This document shows positions 63,680 to 64,000 of a stretch of 64,000 nt of DNA, in pieces (position 1 is the first letter of the stretch; each line of letters opens with the position of its first letter). The translations under genes were made by a program, and so were the position numbers. Source of the stretch: an uncultured Alphaproteobacteria bacterium (GTDB taxonomy: Bacteria; Pseudomonadota; Alphaproteobacteria; Methylaequorales; Methylaequoraceae); contig CACBON010000001.1 of NCBI GenBank assembly GCA_902540805.1, forward strand, positions 85,777 to 149,776. The letters are read 5' to 3'. The notes under the pieces were generated by a model. It had not been told where the DNA came from and did not search any database. It saw only the letters and a program-made list of their open reading frames with translations.

Positions 63680-64000
63680 TTAAAAAGGTACTTCATCCTC
63701 AATATCAAAATCTTGTGTAGATTCATTTAATTTTTTTTCGACAGAAGAGTTTTCAATGTTAGGAGAATTCAATTTTTGAAAATCGTCAGATTTATTATCT
63801 AGCATTGTTAATTGACAATTATAACCTTGGAGTATTATTTCAGTTGTTGTCTTCTCAATACCGGCTTGGTCATTGAATTTTCTAGATCTAATTTGACCTT
63901 CCAAGTATACTAATGAACCCTTTTTCAGAAATTTCTCGACTATCTCAGATAGCCCAGGTGAAAAAATTACAATTTTATGCCAATCGGTTTTCTCTTTTTT
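63680..64000 (-). CDS. ssb: Single-stranded DNA-binding protein (C-terminal part; gene runs off the window end)
   Basis: The frame stays open to the window edge (...KKGSLVYLEGQIRSRKFNDQAGIEKTTTEII...). Acidic C-terminal tip DFDIEDEVPF is typical of SSB. The track 'M' at 63904 is not the real start. Confidence 0.85.
   Translation of the reverse strand, partial: KKEKTDWHKIVIFSPGLSEIVEKFLKKGSLVYLEGQIRSRKFNDQAGIEKTTTEIILQGYNCQLTMLDNKSDDFQKLNSPNIENSSVEKKLNESTQDFDIEDEVPF

Overview
This is an AT-rich, very tightly packed bacterial chromosome segment. Intergenic gaps are tiny and there are many ATGA-type start/stop overlaps. The gene content and order (recG / sdhE-like / mfd, gyrA-coaD-cyclophilin, a Gluconobacter-like PqqA peptide) suggest a streamlined marine alphaproteobacterium, probably SAR11/Pelagibacterales-like. 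That assignment is inference only.

The flanks (1-24.5 kb and 50.9-64 kb) are mostly housekeeping:
- DNA metabolism: recQ, recG, mfd, gyrA, ssb, an SF2 helicase and an SRAP peptidase.
- Other recognisable genes: panD, coaD, cold-shock protein, two PPIases, aldehyde dehydrogenase, a TPP enzyme, a MoxR/VWA pair and an HDAC-like enzyme.
- Four tRNAs: Thr-UGU, Arg-UCU, Pro-UGG, Lys-UUU.
- Many small orphan ORFs with signal peptides or lipoboxes.

The centre (about 24.6-50.9 kb) is the unusual part. Two convergent type I secretion (T1SS) loci each carry their own TolC, ABC protein, HlyD-type adaptor and Pro/Gly-rich acidic cargo candidates. Both are interleaved with a full cyclic-nucleotide toolkit:
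- a CHASE2 adenylate cyclase and a CyaB1-like GAF-GAF-PAS adenylate cyclase;
- a cNMP-binding domain fused to one HlyD adaptor, plus two stand-alone cNMP-binding proteins without an HTH;
- an HD phosphohydrolase with class-I-PDE-like motifs;
- a DUF1538 membrane protein with two PII-like proteins.

Both ABC proteins have degenerate catalytic motifs. I propose this as a candidate cAMP-gated secretion system for elastomer-like FecR/RTX surface proteins.

Other points: an orphan pqqA-like 25-codon gene that is missing from the ORF track, a paralogous family of small secreted proteins, and several small translationally coupled Cys-rich ORFs. I saw no CRISPR array, transposase, integrase or rRNA.
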